DNA of 64,000 bases, from positions 70,333-134,332 of the IMG/VR virus record IMGVR_UViG_3300027807_000003. One strand, written 5' to 3'. Shown here one piece after another: positions 9,379 through 18,425 of the stretch; the first letter of the stretch is position 1, and the number at the start of each line of letters is the position of its first letter. The DNA comes from a virus. Lineage: Duplodnaviria; Caudoviricetes. The notes below the pieces were generated by a model. That model saw only the letters and a program-made list of their open reading frames with translations. It made no database searches and was not told the origin of the DNA. The position numbers were made by a program, and so were the translations under genes.

Positions 9379-11259
9379 TTAAGTTTTCACCACTATTGGT
9401 TTTATTCTCTTTGTTTTAGCCGTTTTTGGTTTAACAGCCTTTCTGGTTTTTTTGATAGTGCGTTTTTTGCTGTCTACACCCTCTAGCGATTCAGGTGGCA
9501 CAGGCTTGTCAGTGCGGGTAATATGAGAAAACCATTCATAGTGCTTAATATCTTTTTCATCACAAAAAGCACCGTAATAATCATTTTGTGCAGCATTTGT
9601 ATCAGCGTTTTGTTGAATTTGATAAAGCTTACAACGTTCGTTTAAGCAGTAAAACTCAAGAGCTTTTGGGTGTCTACCTAGTTCCCCACAACAGTGACAT
9701 ATCTGGCTGGAATAAGGAGATGGGGACAAAGTGAAGCTATCTGGTCCCCTAAATCGCCGACATTTCTCCTCCACCAGCGATCGGTATCGTCCCCATCTAG
9801 CATCTAAAATTTCGCGATTTAAATCAGATTGGTGTTCCGCACCATTTGGTTCATATCCTTTACCATCTGCACTTGGTATCGGATCCGGACGCTTCACCAT
9901 CTCGTCTGTCGGCATTTCCTCAATAGTTATTTTCCCAAAGCGGCGTACCAGAATAGTTGAGGATTTATGCAAAAATGCATTGGCGGGTCGCCGGATCTTG
10001 GTTTCATTGATTTTACCTTTTCGGTGGAGCGTTTTTTTGTAATTATTACTATCTCCCCGCAAATGATCCACGGACAACCCTTGCTCTTGGCGCTCCTTGA
10101 TTAATTTTTTCCTATCGCTGCGTTGTCTGGCTAGTTTACGCTCGATTCTTGCTAATTTTCGAGCTTGTTTGGCAGCAAACCGAGGATTTTTGACATGGCT
10201 ACCAGGTTCGTCACTGGACATGAGGTTGATTAGCCCCGTATGGACAGCTATTCCCCGCTTCCGAGGTTTAATTTTGGCTTTTTTACGTACCTGTATTGAT
10301 AATTCTGCCTTTAAATCACTGATTTGCTGCTTAAGCAACTCTTTTTCCACAAACTCCGGAGTCTTTTTCAACTGAGCTTCCAGTTTACGAATTTTAACTT
10401 CCAAAGGATGGGCACTGACAATACACACATACCACCCGGTGGGTTCTTCCTTAATAGTTACCGCCCTAATGGCTCCGGGGGTAGATCGCACCTCTTCGGG
10501 AATTCGCTCATGATTCTTATTTACAAATCTTAGTGATAAAGGATGCTGCTTACCTTCACCATCTACCCATTTACCAGGGAGCCTAAGTCTATCGCCATCA
10601 AACCAGATCTGCTCTGGACTAATGCAATGGAATGATGGCAACATCTCATTCTTTTTAAAATTAGGCATACAAGCTTTTTCTATCTTGGGGTTCAAATAAG
10701 CTTCCCAAGCAGCAACTAAGCGATTAAACACAGTCCCCTTCATCCAAGACGACGGTACAGTGAGTTCCCCCAGTAGTTTTAGTTTCGGCTGACCCTTTTC
10801 TACACGATCCTTATTTATTAGCCGCCGGCGGGAGTCTTCTTCTTCACGCATCAAATCACATCTTGTCTTAGTCAGGTACCCTGTAAGGGTCATAAAAAGG
10901 TCTGGATTTTTGGGTCTAGCCTTATTTTCAGGGTAATGGGACAACAGAGTTGGTTCCTCTGGTAGCATTTTTGGGGGTATGGGGGTGTAGACTCCATTTT
11001 TAATAATTGCAATTTCACAAGTTGGCGATGCCCATGCCCTCTTTTTATTTAAGCGGAGCCTACAGCGGAGAATCCCGTTCATGTTGATTTTTTCTTTTGC
11101 TGCGTTTTTTAACATGAACTCGTAATACCTAAACTGCTGATACTCAATCAGCAACTCTAGCGCCTTGTTCCAAATCCACCTTAAATTAGCTGCATTTCTG
11201 CCAGTAAAGAAATTTTTCTCCCAATCATTCATGTAGATTTTGCACTCAGTCGTTATCAT
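9379..11259 (-). CDS. TnpB/Cas12-family (compact type V-U-like) RNA-guided effector, probably nuclease-dead
   Basis: N-terminal LRWIWNKAL helix, PNFKK and GWYVCI segments; RuvC-I GIAVHTG (Asp replaced by His), RuvC-II ITIEEM, YEPNG..QSDLNREILDARWG, Zn finger SQICHCCG...FYCLNERC, RuvC-III NADTNAAQN; adjacent CRISPR array; no tnpA. Confidence 0.88.
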   Translation of the reverse strand: MITTECKIYMNDWEKNFFTGRNAANLRWIWNKALELLIEYQQFRYYEFMLKNAAKEKINMNGILRCRLRLNKKRAWASPTCEIAIIKNGVYTPIPPKMLPEEPTLLSHYPENKARPKNPDLFMTLTGYLTKTRCDLMREEEDSRRRLINKDRVEKGQPKLKLLGELTVPSSWMKGTVFNRLVAAWEAYLNPKIEKACMPNFKKNEMLPSFHCISPEQIWFDGDRLRLPGKWVDGEGKQHPLSLRFVNKNHERIPEEVRSTPGAIRAVTIKEEPTGWYVCIVSAHPLEVKIRKLEAQLKKTPEFVEKELLKQQISDLKAELSIQVRKKAKIKPRKRGIAVHTGLINLMSSDEPGSHVKNPRFAAKQARKLARIERKLARQRSDRKKLIKERQEQGLSVDHLRGDSNNYKKTLHRKGKINETKIRRPANAFLHKSSTILVRRFGKITIEEMPTDEMVKRPDPIPSADGKGYEPNGAEHQSDLNREILDARWGRYRSLVEEKCRRFRGPDSFTLSPSPYSSQICHCCGELGRHPKALEFYCLNERCKLYQIQQNADTNAAQNDYYGAFCDEKDIKHYEWFSHITRTDKPVPPESLEGVDSKKRTIKKTRKAVKPKTAKTKRIKPIVVKT

Positions 11260-11312
11260 CCCCGTTACCCCTAAACCGTGACATGAACTAATTTAATCCA
11301 AAAAAGAACATC

Positions 11313-11341
11313 TTGCCTTTTTTGAAATTATGGATCATAAT
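11313..11341 (+). promoter_or_regulatory. Sigma70-type promoter for putative tracrRNA/pre-crRNA
   Basis: TTGCCT-N17-CATAAT, divergent from the effector gene. Confidence 0.55.
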
Positions 11342-11347
11342 GTGTTT

Positions 11348-11727
11348 ACTTTGAATTTTTCAAAGTCTACGCGGCTTGGTCTGCGGAAGTTAAAGCTTGT
11401 TCTGAACTTAAGTTCAGTATTTGGGGGACAAAATACCAGTGGGAGTACCCCCAAGCGACCAGTAGGTGAAAGCCCTGGATTGAGACAAGTCCCTCAATGA
11501 GCGGGCCGGAATCCTGCTCCGATCCCGGGCAACCGGAATACCTACACTCTTAGAGCGATCTGCTACCTGAACCTTGACAATTGCGCGCGTGCCACCCTTG
11601 CGATCTTTGCTCTGCAACGATTTTGGGTATCTGCTGTATCTCACGCGGGAATAAACACAGCTTGTTTACCTGAACTTCGGAAACCCTTTCTGGAATTCTT
11701 TCTACGACTGGGTTCTGGAGGGGAGGG
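11348..11727 (+). ncRNA. Putative tracrRNA/scaffold RNA and array leader
   Basis: No credible ORF, GC-richer than its flanks; contains anti-repeat CTTGCGATC (11597-11605) and GCGA-tctg-CTACCTG (11555-11569), both complementary to the repeat 3' end. Boundaries are approximate. Confidence 0.55.
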
Positions 11728-12650
11728 GTGGCGATAGGCTTTAGATGTCTGGGTAGTCGCAAGCTTGTAATGCCCAAACTTTTTGGTGTGCATCCCTAGC
11801 GGTGGCGATAGGCTTTAGATGTCTGGGTAGTCGCAAGTTTACAATAGGCAGATTCTTGATCAGCTAACGCTTAACGTGGCGATAGGCTTTAGATGTCTGG
11901 GTAGTCGCAAGCTCAACCAGCTAATTCCTAGCTATACTGGACAATCAGTGGCGATAGAACTTAGATGTCTGGGTAGTCGCAAGTGCCTATGATCCTCTGT
12001 TCCTTAGAGTGTTGGTGTGCTCTGTGGCGATAAGCCCTAGATATCTGGGTAGTTGCAAGAATACGAGTTATTGCCGCATCTTTATCTAGGTCAACTGTAG
12101 CGATAGGCTCTAGATGTCTGGATAGTCGCAAGAATCACGGTTGGCACGAGAGCGTTTTTCGCTCAATTTCGTGGCGATAGGCCCTAGATGTCTGGGTAGT
12201 CGCAAGCTGATCCATTCTTTCGTCACTTTCCACCCCCAATCCAGGTGGCGATAGGCCCTAGATGTCTGGGTAGTCGCAAGGTTGACATAAGTTACTGAAT
12301 TTAAGTCTCGATTTAATTAGTGGCGATAGGCTCTAGATGTCTGGATAGTCGCAAGTGGAGTTATTGGATTTGGATAAACACCACGAAAAAGTGGTGATAG
12401 GCTTTAGATGTCTGGGTAGTCGCAAGTAAAATTTGAGTGTTTACTTAAATCAGGGGGTTAAAAGTGGCGATCGCACCTAGTAGATGTTAGACAGTCGCAA
12501 GACACAGAATACAGGTTTAAACTTGTTAATGACAGCATTAAAGTCGCGATCGCACTTAAATATTTAGGCAGTTGCAATTCTGACTAATTATTAAAAAAGG
12601 TTAAGATCCGGGAGTGGCGATCGCAAGTGATAGTTCTGAATGATCGCAAG
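11728..12650 (+). CRISPR. CRISPR array, 36-nt repeat GTGGCGATAGGCYYTAGATGTCTGGRTAGTCGCAAG, 13 repeats (last 3 degenerate), 12 spacers of 35-41 nt
   Basis: Repeats start at 11728, 11802, 11876, 11948, 12024, 12097, 12171, 12245, 12320 and 12391; degenerate ones at 12464, 12543 and 12614. Spacers are unique. GTGGC...AAG ends resemble cyanobacterial type V repeats. Confidence 0.96.
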
Positions 12651-13255
12651 TTATCTTCCTGGTTGCCACAATTTTGGGGATGCCTGGCGAAAATCGCAAG
12701 TATCCAGGTCAGGACAAGACAGGGAATAGGGATTGCAAGGGTAAGGAATTTTAGGTCTGAGCGATCGCAGGTCCGAGTATGTCGCAAGTTGAATCGTGAG
12801 CCATCGACTGTTAAAGGTCTAGCGCAGGTTTAGACAATTCCCCAAAAAGTTGTTTTCTCCTGAAAACCTTACCCCACAAAGGTTTTGGTTGCACAAGTAT
12901 TTGTACTTTGATTACGAAACACATAAATTGGGCGTAGGTCGCAAGTCAGCAGGAATTTTATCACTTAGGTTCTCACAGGCAGTTTTAGGATTGGTGGCGA
13001 TCGCTAAGTATTACAGTTTTCTAGTCAAGTAGGAAAGAAAGATCGCAAGCTGTGAACAATTACTTTAAATAGGTTTAGATCGCCAAGGATGAATAAAAAG
13101 ATGAGATCGCAAGTCATGGGATTGGCAAGTCGCAAGACAAATTTCTCTCCCTATTCAGATCGCAAGCTGATCCAAAATGTCAGATAGACTATTTGCTTAA
13201 TGTAGTGCGATCGCAAGAACGAAGGGAACATTCCGAGTTTTGATAGATCGCAAGC
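12651..13255 (+). repeat. Field of minimal repeat 3'-ends ((G)ATCGCAAG / GTCGCAAG) with irregular spacing
   Basis: Motifs end at about 12700, 12739, 12788, 12945, 13049, 13113, 13136, 13166, 13217 and 13255, all on the + strand. Confidence 0.75.
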
Positions 13256-13263
13256 TGAAAAAC

Positions 13264-13917
13264 TTATTTACTGCTTCGTAAAGAAGATAGCCCAAAAGCT
13301 TTGAGAATTTGATTTTCTACCTGAACCTCAACAAATGAGGGAATAGAGCCTTTGGGTGCGAGACTTGGTACGTGATTATTGATCACAGTTCCAGCTTTCC
13401 AACATTTATCAAGAACTGACCAAACTTCTACAGTATCGCCCAATGAGGGGTATTCTGCTAAAAATTTTTCTTGTTCAACTACTGCCGATTTTTTAACTTC
13501 TTGTGGTGCTATCAGAGTAACTTCACCTCCGTAGCATCCAGGTGAAAGCTTTTCCAAGAACTCTGCTACATCGTGACGGTGGCAGGGTTCATTTGGTTTT
13601 TCGTAGCATAAAAGCGTTACGGGTTTTCCTGCTGACAAGGTAGAATTGAGCCAATTAGTAATTTGCTCAGAATTCTTCCTCAGAATATTCAAAAAAGCTG
13701 GTTGGTAACTAACGGTATACAGATTTTTTAAATAAGTCGAATAGTTTTCAACCTCAGCAGTTTTTGCTTTTTTCTCTATGAGTTTCCACTTTTTTAGTAG
13801 CTCCTCAGACGGGGCAAGCATATTTAAGTGTGTCCCAGTGAAATTTTTTGGGGGACGACGGGAGATAGAAATACCTTCCCCGATAATTGGTCCGGAGTAG
13901 TAACTGGTGTGAATCAT
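13264..13917 (-). CDS. DUF488-like protein with extra C-terminal domain
   Basis: IHTSYY...ISISRRPP...LAPSEELL...TLLCYEKPNEPCHRH. Confidence 0.7.
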   Translation of the reverse strand: MIHTSYYSGPIIGEGISISRRPPKNFTGTHLNMLAPSEELLKKWKLIEKKAKTAEVENYSTYLKNLYTVSYQPAFLNILRKNSEQITNWLNSTLSAGKPVTLLCYEKPNEPCHRHDVAEFLEKLSPGCYGGEVTLIAPQEVKKSAVVEQEKFLAEYPSLGDTVEVWSVLDKCWKAGTVINNHVPSLAPKGSIPSFVEVQVENQILKAFGLSSLRSSK

Positions 13918-14732
13918 GCCAACAGCCCCAGTAGTGGATAGTTTTCTTTGCAGTTTGGACTAAGCCATAAACACTCAACACCAGTACGAGAGCCATTAGT
14001 TTTAGCGTCCCACTTAATACACCGCCAGTCAGACAGCGATCGCTCATAAACTTCAGACCCGTACCCAGAAAGAATAACCATTGCATCTACTGATTGAAGT
14101 GTGGAGAGTAATTCTTGATGCTGGTGAATACTCATCTCATGGTCATAAATATTTTTGCTGACCCGCGAATCTGCGATGTAGGGAGGGTCACAGTAAAGCA
14201 GAAGGTCTGGATTTTCCCCTACACGGCGAATTAGCTTTAGGGCATCCCCACATTCAATCTGAACCAGCTTTAGGCGATCGCGCACCTGCTCCAAATGGTT
14301 GGTTCTATTCCAAGTCTCAACGACGTTTCGGCTATTGGATTGATGAATGAGTGACCATCCCCCGTTTTTAGTAACCGATGTTCCGCCGCCGTGGGTCTGC
14401 CAGCTGCGAATATAGAAATTAACGGCACGTTGCAAGGGTTCGGTAGTTGGTTCAAAAGCTTTCTTCCAGACGGTTCGGGAGTAGGGAGTATTCTCTATCT
14501 GCCAGAGAAACTCCTGATAGCGATCGCGGAAAACCTGGAAGAAATTAACCACGTCGTCGCTGAGGTCGTTGATAATTTCAACTGGGACTGGAGGTTTCTG
14601 GAGGAGTACTGATGCTCCGCCACAGAAGGGTTCACAGTACGCAGAATGGGGAGGGAAGTGGGAGATAATCTTGGCAGCATCTCGGTACTTCCCCCCAAAG
14701 TATCTGAGCAATGGGGGTAAATCGGCGATCAT
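13914..14732 (-). CDS. D12-class N6-adenine DNA methyltransferase (Dam-like)
   Basis: LRYFGGK, YCEPFCGGASV, EIINDL and YCDPPY motifs. Confidence 0.93.
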   Translation of the reverse strand: MIADLPPLLRYFGGKYRDAAKIISHFPPHSAYCEPFCGGASVLLQKPPVPVEIINDLSDDVVNFFQVFRDRYQEFLWQIENTPYSRTVWKKAFEPTTEPLQRAVNFYIRSWQTHGGGTSVTKNGGWSLIHQSNSRNVVETWNRTNHLEQVRDRLKLVQIECGDALKLIRRVGENPDLLLYCDPPYIADSRVSKNIYDHEMSIHQHQELLSTLQSVDAMVILSGYGSEVYERSLSDWRCIKWDAKTNGSRTGVECLWLSPNCKENYPLLGLLA

Positions 14733-16057
14733 TGATGCCTTGGTAGAATATCTCTAAAGGTGGTAAATTGTCTGTCAAACAGCATTTTTACTGTTCCGGT
14801 AGGACCATTACGGTGTTTGGCCACGTTTATCTCAACTATTCCCTGTTCCTCTGACTGAGGGTTGTAGTAGTCGTCACGGTATAATATCATGACCATGTCT
14901 GCGTGTTGCTCGATAGCACCAGACCCCTTTAAGTCGGATAAAAGTGGGCGCTTATCATTTCTGGATTCACACCCCCGATTGATTTGACAAAGCAGGATAA
15001 CCGGTACTTTTAGCTCACCACTTAGCTGCCGGAAAGCCAAAGTAATCGCATCTAACTCTGATACTTCATTTGAAACTTGATTAGATTTACTCATTAACTG
15101 TAGATAGTCAACAACTACAGCCCCCAAAACACCATTGTTTCGTTTCTTGGCCCATCGGCATTGGGCAAGTATAGAGGACGGGGTAATATTCCGGCTATCG
15201 TTTACGTAAATCGATAATCCAGAAATTTTATTAGTAGCCTCAACTACCTTATCCCACTGAAAATCTTTTATATCCCTCATCTTGAATATGTTTGTGGGTA
15301 GTTGAGATTTTGAGCAAATCATTCTTTCTACTAATTGCTGACTGCTCATTTCTAGGCTGAATACAACTACTGGGGCAACTCTGGAAATATTCTCGGCTAT
15401 CTCTAGCCCCAGGGCAGTTTTACCCATTGATGGCCGTCCAGCAATAATTGTCAAAGTTGATTCACTAAGCCCCCCAGTTAGTCCATCTAGTGCAAGATAC
15501 CCAGTTTTGACACTGGGGGATATATCACCACTTTGGACTCCTTCTAATTTTGTAAATCCCGCGATCGCTATTTCACTAATTGGTTTTAACTCAGAGGTAA
15601 TGCTTTCTTGGAAACCATCAATTATCCTTGAACCGTAAGCCAGTATTTCTTCATTGGTGTTTGCAGGGGTTTCTGCAAAATCCAAGAGTTCCCTAAATTG
15701 GGTAATTATTTGACGACGTATCCATTTTTGGATCAACAAATCGGACAGCTGGTCGATGTTAACATCTGAAACTGTCCGATCTAGTAGGTCTGCTAATTTC
15801 GACCTACCCCCAACGTTGTGTAATTCTTGGATTTCCTCTAGCTTATTTGCTACAAACATGGCATCCGTCGGTTTCCCTTCTAGACGCAGAGTAAGTATAG
15901 CTCTATAGATTTTTTGGTGAGTTACCAAGTAAAAAGCTTCTTCCCTCAAGGTTTCAATCACCCTTTCTATGGCACCTGGGGATAACATCAAACCACCCAG
16001 AACCGCCTCTTCTGCCTCAATGCTGTTTGGTGGGACTTTCAAAAATTGAGATTCCAT
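14729..16057 (-). CDS. dnaB: Replicative DNA helicase DnaB
   Basis: PPNSIEAEEAVLG, AGRPSMGKT, FSLEMS, VDYLQLM, RPLLSDLKGSGAIEQHAD and KHRNGPTG motifs. Confidence 0.97.
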   Translation of the reverse strand: MESQFLKVPPNSIEAEEAVLGGLMLSPGAIERVIETLREEAFYLVTHQKIYRAILTLRLEGKPTDAMFVANKLEEIQELHNVGGRSKLADLLDRTVSDVNIDQLSDLLIQKWIRRQIITQFRELLDFAETPANTNEEILAYGSRIIDGFQESITSELKPISEIAIAGFTKLEGVQSGDISPSVKTGYLALDGLTGGLSESTLTIIAGRPSMGKTALGLEIAENISRVAPVVVFSLEMSSQQLVERMICSKSQLPTNIFKMRDIKDFQWDKVVEATNKISGLSIYVNDSRNITPSSILAQCRWAKKRNNGVLGAVVVDYLQLMSKSNQVSNEVSELDAITLAFRQLSGELKVPVILLCQINRGCESRNDKRPLLSDLKGSGAIEQHADMVMILYRDDYYNPQSEEQGIVEINVAKHRNGPTGTVKMLFDRQFTTFRDILPRHQ

Positions 16058-16106
16058 AAAATTGCTCGGTTTTTTGTATTTAGTACAACAGGATACTACC
16101 TAAGCT

Positions 16107-18041
16107 CTAAGCTGTTTCTTGCATTAAGTGGCCATATCGTTGGAAAACTTTTGGCGATCGCGACATTTTTACTCTGAAAAGACGACCGAATCCAGACTTA
16201 CAAATATGCTCACCCCAGCGATCGACCTGAGCCTGATCACGGAAGAGTCGCCCAATATTAGACTGGGTAAGAAATTCTTCAAACCCGTGGATTTCAATTT
16301 GGTCCATCACATTTTCATGATGAATTGAATCAAATTCCACAAAAAAGTCTACTTCGGGTTCCGCTTCTTTTTGGCGGAGTTTGCGAAGATAAGCTAAGTA
16401 GTCCTTGTAATATTCTTTCGCCCTGACGTAATTGCCGGAAATCTCACTCATGCAATTAACGCGCGTCGGTTGGTAATTGCTCTTACCGTTGATATTCGTG
16501 AGTTTACATTCCTCCTCACGTACCTTAATATACCATCCGAGAAAATTCCTGTCAACATTATCACCATTCATCCACGGGTCAGCGGACGAACTGCGATGAA
16601 CACCCTTGATCGGGTTAAGGTGGCGTTTCAAAAGTGAACCGCAGTATTCGTCTAGCTCATCATCGGTTTTGTTAATCCATTCATCCGTATGATCAGCAAC
16701 ATTTGGTCTATGTAATATTGGCTTGGGGATATTAGTTCGATTGTTCGGCTTTGTCGAACGAGGCGCGGAACCTTCTTTTTTAAATCCGTTGGGAAATGAG
16801 TGATCTGTGTGCTGCTTAATTTCTTCACATGGCGAAGATGTTGTTTCTGGTTCTTCTTCAGTTGTGCTGCTAACGGTAGGTTCTTCTGAAATTAACGTCA
16901 GGTTAATAGCTGGTAGATCTTGGATTACCTCAAATCCAGGGATAAGGGGTAAATCTGGAAATTCCTCTTTGGCCATTTCTTCTTTCTCCTCCGATTTTGG
17001 AACAAAATCCTCCTCACTTGTCTTTGGGTGGGGGGTGGGATTTGTATTTGTAGTAGTTAATGAAGTAATAATTGAATTCCTTATATATAGGGTGTCTTCA
17101 CTTCCTTCATTCACTTGGGGTGAACAGTCTTGGCTACATACGTCTGTAGATGGGCCCAAAAAAACAGCCCCTGAATCCTGTAAACTAAGATCCTTTATCT
17201 CTGTCTTGTCAGGTACGAGAGATAAGTGAGCTTTATCGGATCTAGAAAGCCCTCTCGATTTTTTTGATGATTGTTTGGATTTAAACTTCCCAGTAAGTAT
17301 TGCAATTTTGCTGTGGTTCCTAAAATACCACGTCGTTCCCTCTAAGTGGTCGTGATAGCTGCAAAAGTATTTTTCTTCGCCATCCTCACTTAAAAATGGG
17401 TTTGGTGATGCAATAAACTGGGTGTAAGATTTATGCTTAACACCAATTTTGTCAAAAGCTGTTCTGAACTGAAATTCGCTAAAACCTAGTTCCTCGGTCC
17501 AACTGTCACCTAACCTGTAATGTCGGTTGTCGTTGGGGGATAAAAATTTGTAGAAACCTTCGCCTTTGGTTATGTCAAACCAGTATTCCAATCTGGTAAA
17601 GACAATAGCGGCGTTAATATCTTTTACAAGGTCAAGAATTGGGCGACTGTAGCCAATAAAGTCCATACGTTTTATACTGAGAAAGTTAGAAAAATTAGAA
17701 GAGTGCGATCTATCTAGATGTGTTTGGTGTGAACTTGAGTTTATATGCGACTGTTCACACGATTGGGCATCTATTTTTGTTGTTGGTGTATTTATGGTGG
17801 GCGACGAAAACATACTATCCCTGTCTCCGCCCCCATTCTTTTTTGCACCTCTGGGGCTAATACCTTTTTCCCTTACGGTAAGGAGATCTTGAGGCTTGTA
17901 ATTTATAAAAATCTCAGAATTCTTGTTGACAGTATCGCTAGAAAATGATATATTCAGCATTGATTCTTTGTTTAACATTTCTTGCTCCTTCTTCTGCTGA
18001 GTTAGAGGTGTTGTAGATAAAGATCCTTCTTTAGCTAGCAT
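16107..18041 (-). CDS. Phage replication initiator-like protein
   Basis: Directly upstream of dnaB; wHTH-like core AAIVFTRLEYWF...GDSWTEELGFSEFQFRTA followed by a low-complexity linker. Confidence 0.65.
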   Translation of the reverse strand: MLAKEGSLSTTPLTQQKKEQEMLNKESMLNISFSSDTVNKNSEIFINYKPQDLLTVREKGISPRGAKKNGGGDRDSMFSSPTINTPTTKIDAQSCEQSHINSSSHQTHLDRSHSSNFSNFLSIKRMDFIGYSRPILDLVKDINAAIVFTRLEYWFDITKGEGFYKFLSPNDNRHYRLGDSWTEELGFSEFQFRTAFDKIGVKHKSYTQFIASPNPFLSEDGEEKYFCSYHDHLEGTTWYFRNHSKIAILTGKFKSKQSSKKSRGLSRSDKAHLSLVPDKTEIKDLSLQDSGAVFLGPSTDVCSQDCSPQVNEGSEDTLYIRNSIITSLTTTNTNPTPHPKTSEEDFVPKSEEKEEMAKEEFPDLPLIPGFEVIQDLPAINLTLISEEPTVSSTTEEEPETTSSPCEEIKQHTDHSFPNGFKKEGSAPRSTKPNNRTNIPKPILHRPNVADHTDEWINKTDDELDEYCGSLLKRHLNPIKGVHRSSSADPWMNGDNVDRNFLGWYIKVREEECKLTNINGKSNYQPTRVNCMSEISGNYVRAKEYYKDYLAYLRKLRQKEAEPEVDFFVEFDSIHHENVMDQIEIHGFEEFLTQSNIGRLFRDQAQVDRWGEHICKSGFGRLFRVKMSRSPKVFQRYGHLMQETA

Positions 18042-18077
18042 TTCTTGCTCCTTCTTCTGCTGAGTTAGAGGTGTTGT
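17976..18077 (-). repeat. 39-bp direct repeat (17976-18014, 18039-18077) carrying RBS+ATG
   Basis: Identical copies 63 bp apart; the minus strand reads ...GAAGGAGCAAGAAATG. Confidence 0.9.
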
Positions 18078-18425
18078 GCTTAAATTGGTGAATTGATTTC
18101 AAAAAACAGTTCATCGTTTTACCTCACTTGACCGACTGTTACTTGACCGTTCATCGTTTTTCTTTGTTAATTGCCCTCTCCCCCGGTATCCCATACGCTC
18201 CCCGTGCCAATGAGGTAGTATGTGTGGTACATTAAGAGGAATTAAAACACCGATAAAATTTGAGTAAAATATTTTGCTTCTTGTCTCCTTCCCCCCCTGG
18301 GTAGGGGATATTTTTTTTGTTCCTTAGAGAACATACCATTTTACACTCCGTTTGACAATAAAATAAAAAAATCACAATTTTCAAAAAAGAACGAACAAAT
18401 ATGATATAAAAAATCTTATCAGAGT

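Noticed and set aside
9379-11259. Ordinary IS200/IS605 or IS607 transposon
   Set aside because: No tnpA or serine recombinase nearby, the protein is enlarged with an altered RuvC-I, and a CRISPR array is adjacent.
11574-11602. TTGACA as a second array promoter
   Set aside because: No plausible -10 hexamer at 16-18 nt spacing.
9379-12650. Cas12k CAST (CRISPR-associated transposon)
   Set aside because: The repeat ends resemble V-K repeats, but there is no tnsB, tnsC or tniQ in the window and the protein keeps a TnpB-type Zn finger and RuvC-II/III residues.
11414-13032. Short ORFs 11414-11644, 11550-11777, 12584-12787, 12627-12833 and 12850-13032
   Set aside because: They overlap the putative tracrRNA, array and handle field and have no protein-like features; likely spurious.
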